Shown here: positions 11,201 to 25,535 of the stretch, piece by piece
Position numbering within the stretch: position 1 is the first letter of the stretch
Layout of the letters: each line of letters begins with the position of its first letter
Notes under the pieces: model-generated
The model's input: only the letters and a program-made list of their open reading frames with translations
The model's database searches: none
Told to the model about the DNA's origin: nothing
Origin: Octopus sinensis
Lineage: Eukaryota
DNA length: 64,000 nucleotides
NCBI RefSeq assembly: GCF_006345805.1
Contig: NC_043011.1
Span: forward strand, 6,448,001-6,512,000
Reading direction: 5' to 3'
Program-made: the position numbers and the translations under genes

Positions 11201-14200
11201 GTATGTTTTGAACTCACCTTGTCTATCATTGAACTCATTAAATTTCTTCTTTTTTCCTTAGGTTCCACTCTAGTGTGGACAGTGGTCTTTTGGAAGTGAT
11301 CAGTTCTCCACCTGAATTTTACCCGAATTTAGACAATTTAAAGAGAACACTTGGAGATTCCCAAGACAGAGTTCGGTACGTGTCTCTTCCATACAAAACA
11401 TGGCTTGCTTCAACGTATTTTGTTTCTCTTTCTCTCTTAATTTAAAATCAAAATTATTATAAATGAGACACCTTTTCCCGACCCCCATCACAACATCCCA
11501 AATGTTGTTTCAGCCACTGCATGTTTCTTTTTTTTCTTTTTTGTTCCAATGAATAAACTTTGGTAATAGGGATAATTTTCTTTGACTTCCAGATGGAGAA
11601 CGAAGCAAAACTTAGATTTCTCTTTCCTCATGCTCTACGCTAAAAGTAAAGGTGTTTTTTATGCACAGGTAGGTTTGGTTATGTATTTCTTCTGGTTTTT
11701 TTTTTTCATTTTTTTTTTACTATTTATTAATATAGCTAAGTTGTGTCTGTAATTAAGAAGCTTGCCTCCCAACCACATGGTTCCGGGTTCAGTCCCACTA
11801 CTTGGCACCTTGGGCAAGTGTCTTCTACTATAACCTCTGGCCGATCAAAGCCTTGTAAGTGGATTTGGCTGATAGAAACTGAAAGAAGCCTATTGTGTAT
11901 ATGTACATGCGTATATGTGTGTATGTGTCTTTGTATTTGCCTCCCACCACTGTTTGACAACTCATGTTGGTTTATGTTCTCTGTTACTTAGCAGTTCAGC
12001 CAAAGGTACCAACAGAATACCAGGCTTCAAAAAAAAAAAAAAATTTAAAAAAAGATAAAAAATTCTGCAAAGCAGTGCCCATGCATGGCCAAAAATAACT
12101 GAAACAAGCAAGAGATAAAAGATACAGTGAATATTTGGCATATACACATAGCAAAATAGATTATGTGACCCTCTCCAAATGTGGAAAGGAAACTGTTTCT
12201 AATTATGTTGTTGTTGATGATGAATGTGTTTCATATTTGTTTATGATAAACAGATGTTGAATGTAACAATAAATTTTTCACAGTCTGTAATACCTCCTCC
12301 TTCCTTGTGGTCCTTATTCGAGCCCCTTTCTCCACCAATAATCAGTCCTATCTATGGCCTCCTCCTCCTACTCCTCATCTCTTAAACCTTCCTCTCTCTT
12401 CAGCTTGAAGATGATGTGATATCAAAACCTGGTTATTTTTCAATAATGAAAACCTTCACCCAACAACAAAAGTATGTGGAATGGTTTGTCCTGGAATTCT
12501 CCACATTGGGATTCATTGGTAAGCCGGGTTTTCTTCATTTTCTTAATTCTTTTTTTTTTACTTCTCTTTTTTCTCATCTCTCTCCATTCTTTTTGTATAA
12601 TAATATAGAATAATAATAATGAAATTATTGTATACAGTGCTCAGGTGCACCACAACTTGTCAAAAGTGCGTATAAAGCATATGCAGTAATGTACAAATGT
12701 CTGTGAAGTGAACAGTGTATGAATCAGATACATGCTCGCGTGTGTATGGAGGGGAGAAAATCAGGTGTAGTGTTGGCGAATCTCAGAAAGCATGGAAGTT
12801 TTGAAGGATGCAGTGCTCCGACAACTAACAACTGATGCTGGCAGTTTGTTCCATGCTTCAGCAACTCTTAGCGTGAAAAAACGTTTCCGAAAGTCCTGGA
12901 AGGAGCTGTGCTGTTTTCTGACTTTGTAAATATGTCCATGGGTGTTAGACGGGTGGAGTTTGAAAAGGTGCTCAGAGTTATTGTTTGTAAGATGGTTAGT
13001 AATTTTATGGTTGTCTGCCAAGTCAGCTGCCAGACGTCGGAGTTTCAATGTATCCATGCCCAGGGAAGTAAGGCGTTCAGAATATGGCAAATGCCTGATG
13101 GAGGGTATTCTCTTTTTTCTTTCTCTTTCCTTCTCCCACAACAGTACCACGCAGACACACAACTGTGCGGTGAAGAAGTTTGTTTCACAACCATTCACTT
13201 TTAGTTTCAGTCTCCTTGATTGGTACCTTGGGCAGTTGTCTTCTATTCTTCTGGGTCTATAAATGCATTGCAAATGAATTTGGTGGACAGGAACTCTAAA
13301 AAGCACGTCTTGCTTGTGTGTGTGTGTTTGTGTATTTATTCCTCTTAAAAGCAGTCTGTGTCTTATTGCCATTTCTGTTTCAGGAAAATTATTTAAATCC
13401 AGTGAGCTGCCAATTTTGGTGGAATTTTTCCTGATGTTTCACACAAGCCAACCCATAGACTGGTTGCTCGACGACTTCCTCACGGTGAAGATATGTAATC
13501 CAGATAAAGATAGAGTAAGTGGACGAATTACACTTGGACTTTTTTAGGCTTCTTTTTAATTTCAAAAATTGGAAGGAATGTTTTTTTGCACGTATTTGTT
13601 CTGAGTTTTTAAACTCTGCCAAGGTCAACTTTGCCATGTTTATGAAGTACCAGTTAAATACTGTGGGGGGGGGGGGAGATCAATGTAATTGATTGGCTAC
13701 CTCTGCCTGACCCCCCACTCTTCTAAAAGACTGGCCTTCAGTTTAAATTAAAAACCACAATCTTTTTTTCTTCTCTCTTTCTTTCTTTCTTTCTTTGTCT
13801 TTCTTTTCTTTCTTTGTTTTCTTTCTTTCTTTGTTTTCTTTCTTTCTTTGTTTTCTTTCTTTCTCTTTCTTGTTTCTTTCTTTTCTTTCTTTCTTTGTTT
13901 TCTTCTTTCTTGTTTTTTTCTCTTGTTCTTTTTCTTTCTTTTCTTCTTTCTCTTTTTTTTCTTTCTTTCCTTTTCTTTCTTTTCTTTCTCTTTTTTCTTT
14001 CTTTTCTCTGTCTTTCTTTTCTTTCTTTTCTGTTTTTCCTCCTTTTCTTTCTTTTTTTCTTTCTTGTTTCTTTCTTTCTTTTCTTTTCTTTCTTGTTTTC
14101 TTTTCTTTTCTTTTCTTTCTTCTTTTTTTTCTTTCTTTTTTTCTTTGTTTTCTTTCTTTGTTTCTCTTCTTTTCTTGTTTCTTTTTCTTTGTTTTCTTTC

Positions 14201-15593
14201 TTTTCTTCTTCTTTTCTTTTGTCTTTCTTTTCTTTTTTCTTTCTTTTCTTTTTTTCTTTCTTTCTTTTGTTTTTCTTTTTCTTTTTTTCTTTTCTTTGTT
14301 TTCTTTCTTTCTTTGTCTTTCTTTTGCTTTGTCTTGTCTTTCTTTTTTTCTTTTCTTTTTCTTGTCTTTTTTTTCTTTGTTTTCTTTCTTTGTTTGTCTT
14401 TCTTTTTTTCTTTGTCTTTTTTCTCTTCCCTCCTTCCTCTGTTTTTTTCTATATTTTCTCTTCTTTTATGGTTTTATCACCCAGCAACTCCGAAACAGGA
14501 GAAAAATGGAGGTATGACAATGCAAATTTCCTGTTCAACTATATATATATATAGGTACAGGTGTGACTGTGTGGTAAGAAGTTTACTTCCCAACCACCTG
14601 GTTCCTGGTTCAGTCCCATGGTGTGGCACCTTGGGCAAATGTCTCCTCCTACTATAGCGTCGATTTGGCCAAAGCCTTGTGAATGGATGTGATAGATGGA
14701 AACTGAAAGAAGCATGATATATGTGGGTGTGTGTGTGTGTGTGTTGGAGTTTGTCCCCTACCACCACTTGACAACCGGTGTTGGTGTGTTTACATCTCTG
14801 TAAATTAGCAGTTTGGCAAAGGAGACATAGAATAAGTGGCAGGCTTTAAAATAGAAAGTACTGGAGTCAATTTATTTGGCTAAAACTTCAAGGCAGTGCC
14901 CCAGCATGGCCGCAGTCAGATGACTGAAACAAGTAAAAGATAAACAATAAAAACACATAAGTACATACATATGTACACACATGCATCCTGGAGCGGCATT
15001 AAGTGTTAAGTATCGTCCTAGTTTTCTAGTTCACTTTGGCAGGAAGTAACAGGAGGAGGCCTGAAGGGGCCCCCCATGCAGACACAATATTTTGCATGCA
15101 TAGCTTTTGTAATTGACATTTAAATACCATCAATATAGTTATTTGTTTTAGGGTAATTTCTGTCTGTCTCTTGAATAACATTTATCCATTTTTAACAGGG
15201 CAAAACTGCTTCCCTTTTAAACCAAACTTAACTCGTTTATAACTATTGCATGAAGTCAAGGAGACAGTAACACACATGTTCACAAGCATACATACACACA
15301 CACACACATATATATATATATATTGGCTGGCTTCCGTGCCGGTGGCACGTTAAAAGTTCCAACCGATCGTGGCCAATGCCGGACCCCCCCTGGCACCTGT
15401 GCAGGTGGCACGTAAAAAGCACCCACTACACTCGCGGAGTGGTTGGCGTTAGGAAGGGCATCCAGCTGTAGAAACCTGCCAGATCAGACTGGAGCCTGGT
15501 GCAGCCTCCTGGCTTCCCAGACCCCGGTCGAACCGTCTAACCCAAACCCGTGCTAGGCGGAAAACGGGACGTTAACGACGATGATGATGATGA

Positions 15594-15631
<38 letters not shown>

Positions 15632-16811
15632 GAGGGATGATGTTTTTAGTTTCCATCTACCAAATCCACTCAAAAGGCTTCGATTAGCCCAGGGCTATAG
15701 TAGAAGACACTTGCCCAAGGTGCTGCTGCACTGTGGGGCTGAACCTGAGACTATGTGATTGGGGAACAGATTTCTTACCACACAGCTATGCTTGCATCTT
15801 GTGTGTGTGTGTGTGTATAGTATGTTACTACTGGCTCTCACGCACTCACTCACACTCACGCACTCACACTCACGCACTCACTTACACTTTGTCATAGAGA
15901 ACACATTCAATATGCCCAGATTGTCTTCCTTTCTTTCGCTCATTGTTCTTCGCATGGGAAATTTTTGCATTTGTGTTTGGTTTCTTTCAATTGAAATTTT
16001 TTTTAAAATTTAAATTTAATACTTGTTACTTGAGCAAATTTAATCATTGCAGACATATTCCGTCTCTGATGCACATCTGTTAAGAAATATTAGGCAATGA
16101 GATAAACAAAGGAAGACAACATAAGAGGGACAAGTTTTAGCAAATGCCATTAATTTATTGCTTTAAAAGAAAATAGATTTTATGTTTTGAGCATTAGTCA
16201 TTTATCAGGAAAAAATAGAAGAAAGGGGGAAAATGTAAAATATAAAAGTGGTTGGAAAGGAAGAAGAAAAAACCTAGGCTTTTAGTGGAAACTGGACAGA
16301 ACACTGTGTTGGAAACTGGATTGTCAGATCAGGGGTATATAAACCCTGTTAACTGTGGTGGGAAGTGGGTAGCCAGAAGCTGGGTAGCCAAATGAAACTT
16401 TCACAGCAATTACCTTGAGGTGAATCATGTCCATCCTCTGACCCTAACTCACAACAACTGACCAGAGAAGAATAAATGTTGTCTTTAGTTTTAATGAATG
16501 ATTCGTAGGCCTGACACACCACAACTGCAGCCACTTGGTCCTTAAATGACTTTTGGTGTGAGTTTCTTCTGACCAGGCCCTATGTCTTTTTCTTAAAATC
16601 TTCTGGGTTATGTGTAACTCTTTACTCTTTTCAGTCATTTGACTGCGGCCATGCTGGAGCATCGCCTTTAGTCGAGCAAATCGACCCTGGGACTTATTCT
16701 TTGTAAGCCCAGTACTTATTCTATCGGTCTCTTTTGCCGAACCGCTAAGTGACGTAAACACACCAGCATCGGTTGTCAAGCAATGCTAGGGGGACAAATA
16801 CAGACACACAA

Positions 16812-16872
<61 letters not shown>

Positions 16873-18059
16873 TATATACAACAGGCTTCTTTCAGTTTCC
16901 GTCTACCAAATCCACTCACAAGGCTTTGGTCGACCCGGGGCTATAGCAGAAGACACTTGTCCAAGGTGCGACGCAGTGGGACTGAACTTGGAACCATGTG
17001 GTTGGTTAGCAAGTTACTTACCACACAGCCACTCCTGCGCCTATAAACTGCATAAATCTCTCCCACAGTCTGAAAGACAGGCCTACCAATAACAAGGGCA
17101 CCTCCTCTTCGTCTGCTTCCTTTCCTGACAAACTTTATCAAAGAATGACAAAGAGTTGGGGTGGCTTGAAATGTGTGAGAGATTCCTTCATGTTTGCTTT
17201 CGGTTCTGTTAAAGTATGTCCTTGAAACAAGAGACTGGGTGTCGCTGTTTGATAGTGAAACCACGGGTTGGAGGCATCTTCTATTCTACACTTCTTTAAG
17301 CTACGTTATATTTTGATGTAACCCAATACAAGAAGAAACTGTTGTCTGTCTATAAAGAGTGGGTGGGACATATCACAGTGACATATAGTATAGTTCACTC
17401 ACACACACACACACGTGAAAGCTGTTTTAGATTCTTCTTGTGACCAGTGTACACTCGTGTGCATGCACATACACACGCACATATATACACATGCACACAC
17501 TCTTGTTCTCTTTCACACGTCTTCACATACAGTGTAAGTGCATGTGTTTTAAGTGTGTGTGTGTATCTATAGATATATATATACATACATACATACATAT
17601 ATATATACACACACACATGCACACACATACACACACACATATATATGTAGCTTTGATGATGCAAAAAGTAAAATTAAAGCTCAAATCAGGGGTGTATCTG
17701 TTGATTAAATTCATATGATTTTTTTTATTACTGAACTGCATTTGGTAGTTGGGTGGGGGGGTCCTGGTACTGGATTTCCAAGTGTCTGAGGAGTGTAGAT
17801 GTGACTCTTAGCTTCTCTTGTTCTCAAATCTACTCTGACCTGGAGTAGAAGCACCTGTTAGCATCCCAACAACGGTTTAATTAGCATATAAACCATTGGC
17901 GCAGGAGTGGCTGTGTGGTAAGTAGCTTGCTAACCAACCACATGGTTCCGGGTTCAGTCCCACTGCGTAACATCTTGGGCAAGTGTCTTCTGCTATAGCC
18001 CCGGGCCGACCAATGCCTTGTGAGTGGATTTAGTAGACGGAAACTGAAAGAAGCCTGTC

Positions 18060-18113
<54 letters not shown>

Positions 18114-20685
18114 TTGTGTGTCTGTGTTTGTCCTCCTAGCATTGCTTGACAACCGATGCTGGTGTGTTTACGTCCCCATTACTTAGCGGTTCAGCAAAAG
18201 AGACCGATAGAATAAATACTGAGCTTACAAAGAATAAGTCCCGGGATCGATTTGCACGACTAAAAGTCGGTGCTCCAGCATGGCCGCAGTCAAATGACTG
18301 AAACAAGTAAAAGAGTAAAAGAGAGAGAGAGACTGGCAAAACCACCGGGTTCTTATCAGAACTTTCTTTCTAGGAGAAAGTAAACTAAAAAAAAAAAAAA
18401 AAAAAATAAGACCCCAACCTTAAGTGCTGTTCTGGTTTCTGTTTGTCTCGATGTCTGTTGTGCCCCTTGGCTTTTGATCTGGTTGCATTGGGAAGTTGGT
18501 TGCATGCTGTGCAATATTTTATTCACTCTAAACAAATTCCTGCCGAGGAACTTCTTGTAGATTCAGAACATTCGCACGGACTTATCGTGTTTATGGAGTG
18601 GCCCTGCTCAGTCATCAGTTGACTTTCACAACACATGCGCACGCATGCACACACACACATGCACGCATCATTTTCTTTTGCTTGTTTCAGTCATTAGACT
18701 ACGGCCATGCTGGGGGCACTGCCTTGAAGAATTTTAGCTGAACAAATCGACCCCAATATTTATTTTTGTAAAGCCTGGTCCTTATTCTTTCAGTCTCTTT
18801 TGTTGAACTGCTAAGTTACAGGGATGTAAAACACACCAACACTTGGTGTCAAGTGGTGGTGGTGGTGGTGGTGGGGACACACACACACACACATGATGGG
18901 CTTCTTTTAGTTTCCTTCAACCAAATTCACTCAGATGGTTTTGGTCAGCCTCAGGTTATAGGAGAAGACACTTGTCCAAGGTACAGTATGAGGCGGCGAG
19001 CTGGCAGAAACGTTAGCACCCCGGGCGAAATGCTAGCCGTATTTTGTCTGCCGTTACGTTCCGAGTTCAAATTCTGCCGAGGTCGACTTTGCTTTTCATC
19101 CTTTCAGGGTCGATTAAATAAGTACCAGTTATTCACTGGGGTTGGTAAAATCGACTTAATCCGTTTGTCTGTCCTTGTTTGTCCTCTCTGTGTTTAGCCC
19201 CTTGTGGGTAGTAAAGAAATAGGTACAGTAGGATTGAACCCAGAACCTTGGGAGTTCCCTGGTTCTGTACCATTTGGCATCTTGGACAAGTGTCGTTTAG
19301 TAATAATCTCAGCTTAACCCAAACCTGGTGGTGGGGGCACCTTTACTTGTCACAGTGTCAGGCTACCAATTCTGCCCGGAAATTATATTAAGGGTACAAA
19401 GTGTCTGTGGAATTGTCCTTTGATTCTATACAAGGATTTGGTCGTTGATCTCACAGATGAGAATATTCATCGTTTAAAACTTACTGCAAACCATTTTCTT
19501 CTTTTTCTATTTTTGCAGTTGTATACACTTTGTGTGTGAGTGTGTGTAATGTAATGTAAGTAGTTTACGTATAGTATTACGTGTATGTAATGTGTGTGTG
19601 TGTGGGGGGGGTTTGAGAATATGAATATATGTGTATGATTTTTGTGTTTATGGCGAGCTGGCAGAAACGTTAGCGTGCCGGGCGAAATGCGTAGCCGTAT
19701 TTCGTCTGTCGTTACGTTCTGAGTTCAAATTCCGCCGAGGTCAACTTTGCCTTTCATCTTCTCGGGGTCGATAAATAAAGTACCAAGTTCGCACTGGGTC
19801 GATGTAATCGACTCAATCCCTTTGTTTGTCCCCTCTATGTTTAGCCCCTTGTGGGTAGTAAAGAAATATATATATACATATATAAAAGCACATGCATGTG
19901 TATATGCATGTATGTATGTATGTATATTTATGTGTGTGTGTGTGTGTGTGAGGGTTGAATTAATGTTTGTACGTTTACATTTCAGAAACATTGTGTCCGG
20001 ATGAAGGAAGAAGTGCGTAGAAGATACAAACCATCTCTCTTTCAACATATTGGAATTCAGTCTTCTTTGAAGGGTAAAATTCAGAAGTTACAAGTGAGTA
20101 ATCACAGCATGATGGTGGTGGTCGTGGTGGTAACGTATTGAAATGAAGGGAGTACTGTGGTGTACTGCTAACATAATACAGGGATCTTCTGGGTGTTCTG
20201 GGGTGGCGGCGTTAATGCTGGTAGGGCTGGTGGTGGTGGTTTGGGGTTGTGGTGTTGGTGGAGGTAGTTCTGGTGATAATGTTGAGCATTTTTGTGTAAC
20301 AAATTGTAAGTTGGGGTGTTAGATTTTCAAAGTCTTCTAATTTTAAGACCAGTCATTCGAGGGATATTTAGCTATTATATCTAGTAGATTTTCAAAGTCT
20401 TCTAATTTTAACCCTTTAGTGTTCGCATTATTCTGCCAAAATTAATCCTTTTTTATCCACATTGTTTTGAACAAATCATGCTTTATCTTGTAGTTATGAG
20501 ATTTTGATGAGGTAGCTGTTAATTTTTAAAACGATATTGTAGGGTTGGTGTGAGAGACCAGATCTGGCCAGTTTGAACATAAAACAGGCAGAATACTTTT
20601 GGCTGGATATGGCCAGTTTAAATGCTGAAGGGTTATTTAGCTATTATATCTAGTAGGACCGACTGTCATCTAGAAGAAATACCAA

Positions 20686-20716
<31 letters not shown>

Positions 20717-23700
20717 ACAGTCATGTGCATATACATGTACTGCAGGCTTCTTTCAGCCCCTGTCTAGCAAATCCACTCATAAAGCACTGGTTGACTAGAA
20801 TAGAAGATACTTGCTCAAGGTGCCATACAGTGGGACTGAACTTGAAGCCATATGGTTGAGAAGCAAACTCCTTACACACACTCTTTCACCTAAGACCCTA
20901 ATTGTCATTTAATGTCCATGCTCGATGCTGGCATGGGTCAGAAGGTTTGAAAGGGTCCCACAAGTTGTGGCACCTGCACTTGTGTAAATTGCTTTGTAGC
21001 ACACATACAAGACTAAGGGCCTAAAGTGGACCCTATGACTGAGGAAGAACAGAAGGGCAGATGATAATTCTAGGTTGTCATAGGGATTGATCGATGGTAA
21101 GGGGAGAAGGTGGGGGAGTATAACGGGGGGTGGTGCAAGCAAGGAAAAGCGAAGTGATTATTGCCAGGGTTGAAAAAAAAAGTTGTGAGGGGTAGTTGGA
21201 AATGTGAGAGGAGGAGTTGTATAAAGTGGGGGGGCAGGGCTCTAGCATTATATGTGGTGAGTATGGACTGAAGATGTGAGGGGAAGGGATGAAAAAGGTA
21301 GCAATAGACTAGGGTGGAGAGAAGTCCTTGGAGTCATTAAAGGAAAGAGGTGGGAGTTGCAGGGGGGATGCTCAGTGGAGGGGGAAATGAGAGGGGGGGG
21401 GGTTCAAGAGGTTGTGAATCTGAAGTGAGGGAGGGAGCAATTTATGGATATCTTTAGTAGTAGTAGTAGTAGTAGTTTCTGTGAGGATTTTGTAACTGAA
21501 AGGATTAAATAACTGAAGGTCTACTGTGTGTCTTATTTTCAGGACAAATATTTTGGTAAGGACGGTCTCTACCGTGCTCATATCAACCCACATGCAGTGG
21601 TCAGTACCTCATTGAAAACCTACCAACAGTTCACATTACAAAAAGCCTACTTGGGAGAGACAATCTTCTGGGGTATGAGCCCACTGCCTAAAGATATGGT
21701 CAAGTTTGAGTTTACACCACCCGTAGTTCTGGAAAGGTAAGTGGTTTTCTGTATTCATATATGTATGAGGGTTTAGTTCACAGGTGATCTAAACGATTAG
21801 GCAAGAGATGTAACAGATTACTAGGGTTTCAAGGTTGTAACTGAGATGGTAGTTATGGAGTCATCACAAATTTCCAATGCAGCGGGTCTATAATTGTTAA
21901 ACAGGATGTCAAACATTAAGGCAAGGCAATCATCTCAAGTCATATAATATTATTACAGGAAGAATTTCTTACTATAATAATATTGTATATGACTTGAGAT
22001 GTTTGCCTTACCTTAAATGCTTGATGTCCTGCTTATCAATTATGTCATCATCATCATCATTTAATGTCTGCTTTCCATGCTAGGAGGTTGCATCAGGCTC
22101 CAGTCTGATCTAGCAGTGTTTCTACAACTGGATGACCTTCCTAACACCAACCGCTCTGAGAGTGTAGTGGGTGCTTTTTATTATGTGCCACTCACACCCA
22201 TCACTTCTCTCTCTCGCCTGGGAGCAGAATAAGCACATAGGACATCCTCAATTTTCTCGGTTGCCTGTTGGGTGTACAATTGTAGCAGTCTTGAAGTTCT
22301 TTCATAATCCAGCTTTTGGAGCCGCGCGCGTGCGTGTGTGTGTGTGTGTGTGTGCGTGTGTGTGTGTGTGTGCGTGTGTGTGCGTGTGTGTGTGTGTGTT
22401 TATGAATTGTCTATCAGCTGTGTATGTTGAATGTGTTATTAGTTTTAATGAAGGAAATACTTGAAAAAAAACAATGAGAGAGAGAGAAATCTTGTTAAGT
22501 TCATTATTAAAAAGAACAAAATGGGGGGAATATTGATTGCTGCTGTGTGACTGAATACATGCAAACAGTTCTGTGAATGTACGGGATTAACAGTATTGGA
22601 TTAAGGATCAATCTAATCAACTAAACAACTCAATAACCGAAATCAATGAAAGGGTGTGTGCATGCATGCGTGCATGTGCAAACATGTGAATGTCCATTTG
22701 TTTATCAGGGGTTTTTATCTTTACCGATGTCGGTCTATGACTGGGGGTGTTTGAATATTCAACACATACACACATTTCTTTTATCTTTGTTTTGCTTCTG
22801 TCATTAGACTGTGGCCATGCTGGGGTACCACCTTGAAGGGCTGTAGTTGAACAAATTGACCCCCATACTTTGTTTTTCTGTTAAGTGTGGTCCTTGTTGC
22901 ATTGCTCTGTTTTTTTTTATCAAACTGTTAAGTCACAGGGACATAAGCAAATCAACACTGACTGTCATGTTAAGCAGCAGGGGCCAGGGACAAAGACAAA
23001 CATATATATATATATATATAATGTACACATACACATGATGGGCTTCTTTCAGTTTCTGTCTACCAAACCTATTCACACGACTTTGGTTGGCCCAGGGCTA
23101 TGGTAGAAGACACTTGCCCAAGGTTCCACACTGTGGGATTGAAACCAGAACCATGTAATTGGAAGCAAACTTTTCCCACATAACCACTCCTTTGTATATA
23201 ACATCATCATAATCATCATCATTGTTTAATGTCTGTTTTCCATGCTGGCATGGGTTGGACGGTTTGACAGGAGCTGGTGAGGCCAGGCTGCATTGTCTAG
23301 ATGCCCTTCTTTACAGAGTGGACTGGCTGCTTTATATGCGGCACCAACTCCAATAGGGTCACCAAGTACCTTGCAAGACACAAAAGACAAAAGCCCCTTG
23401 ACTGGGGCAGGCGAGTGGTGGCTTTGTGTTAGTCAAGACATTGAGGCTATAGAGGGAGTGGGATAAGGGGCTTACTGTAGAAATGTGGAAGGGGAAGGAA
23501 AGTGATAGTGAGAGAAGACGTGTTGGGACATGCCCTTGAGGGACTTTGGGGGTGGTGAGAGAGAGAGAATAGGTGAAGTGATACAGAGGTTTGGAGTGGG
23601 TGAGTGGACAGGATAGAGATGACTGCAGCAAATAATGGAGAGAAACCTAGGAGAGGCTTTTGAGGTTGGGGGTTACAGTAGATATGTGATGGCCTTGAGG

Positions 23701-25481
23701 GTGATGGCAGATAAGCAGTGTTAATGATGGAGAACAGCAGAGGGAGTGGAGAGATAAGGTGGTTGGCGGGGGCGGGGGAAGATAATGGGAAATGGAAGTG
23801 GTTTGAGGTGGGGGAAGAAAGGCAACCGAGAAAATTGAGGATGTCCTATGTGCTTATTCTGCTCCCAGGCGAGAGAGAGAAGTGATGGGTGTGAGGGGTA
23901 TATTAAGCCAAAACCTGGATTATGAAGGTACTTCAAGAATCAATTGTCTACACAGCAGGCTTCTGATAAGGACTAAATTTGTGTCATGGCATGAACAGAA
24001 GACCAAAGGAGAGATTTATGGACAATACTGTTGGTGTTCGATGCAGGCTTTGCTGACCACTACTTTCATACTGAACACCAGGTGATAACAGGTGTTATTA
24101 GAAACTTCTGTGCCTTCATAGAGTACAAACACTACACAATTGCACTGATGTTGTTGGTGGAGAGAAACAATGTAGGCACAGGAGTGGCTGTGTGGTAAGT
24201 AGCTTGCTTACCAACCACATGGTTCCGGGTTCAGTCCCACTGTGTGGCATCTTGGGCAAGTGTCTTCTGCTATAGCCCCGGGCCGACCAATGCCTTGTGA
24301 GTGGATTTGGTAGACGGAAACTGAAAGAAGCCTGTCGTATATATGTATATATATATATATATGTGTGTGTGTATGTGTTTGTGTGTCTGTGTTTGTCCCC
24401 CTAGCATTGCTTGACAACCGATGCTGGTGTGTTTACGTCCTCGTCACTTAGCAGTTCGGCAAAGGAGACCGATAGAATAAGTACTGGGCTTACAAAGAAT
24501 AAGTCCCAGGGTCGATTTGCTCGACTAAAGGCGGTGCTCCAGCATGGCCACAGTCAAATGACTGAAATAAGTAAAAGAGTGAAAGAGTAATGTGAAATTG
24601 AGGACCTTGTAGAAGGTGGATGGAGGGGCCAAGATTTCTGGGAATGGTGGAACACGTCTTGGTTGCAGCTATGTGAAGAACATACACACACACAGGTATG
24701 ATATAGGTACAGATGTGGCTGTGTGGTCAACAAGCTTGGTCTGTAACCAAGTGGTCTTGGGTTCAGTCCCACTGTGCAACACCTAGGACAAATATCTTCT
24801 ACCATAGCCCTGGGCCAGCCAAAGCCTTTTAAGTAGATTTGGTTGATGAAAACTGAAAGGAGTCAATTGTGTTTGTGAGTGGGGGTGGTACCTGTTTCTT
24901 TATACCTTGTGGTGGTTGTAAACGACCCTTCATTATAATGTTTACTCACCTATTTTAATAACCTCTCTGCCTCCTTTTTCTGCTTTGCATAGTTTATTAA
25001 TACAATATCCACCTAACAAACATGCCCACCCCTATACCTCTGTATTGATTATATCCATTTATTGACTATAGACAGGAGTGGCTGTGTGGCAGGTAGCTTG
25101 CTTACCAACCACATGGTTCCGGGTTCATTCCCACTCCGTGGCACCTTGGGCAAGTGTCTTCTATTATAGCCTCAGGCCGACTGAAGCCTTGTGAGTGGAT
25201 TTGGTAGACGGAAACTGAAAGAAGCCCGTCGTATATATGTGTGTGTGTGTGTGTGTATATATGTTTGTGTGTCTTTGTTTGTCCCCCCAACATCGCTTGA
25301 CAACCAATGGTGGTGTGTTTACGTTCCTGTAACTTCGCGACCGAAAGAATAAGTACTAGTTTTACAAAGAATAAGTCCTGGGGTCGATTTGCTCAACTGA
25401 ATGTGGTGCTCCAGCATGGCCAGAGTCAAATGACTGAAACAAAAGAGTAAAAAAAGTATATGTTGATTTTTACTATATGCT

Positions 25482-25535
<54 letters not shown>

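Noticed and set aside
13795-14657. 240-269 aa F/S/L-rich ORFs resembling membrane proteins
   Set aside because: They come from the polypyrimidine tract in MGAT4 intron 6.
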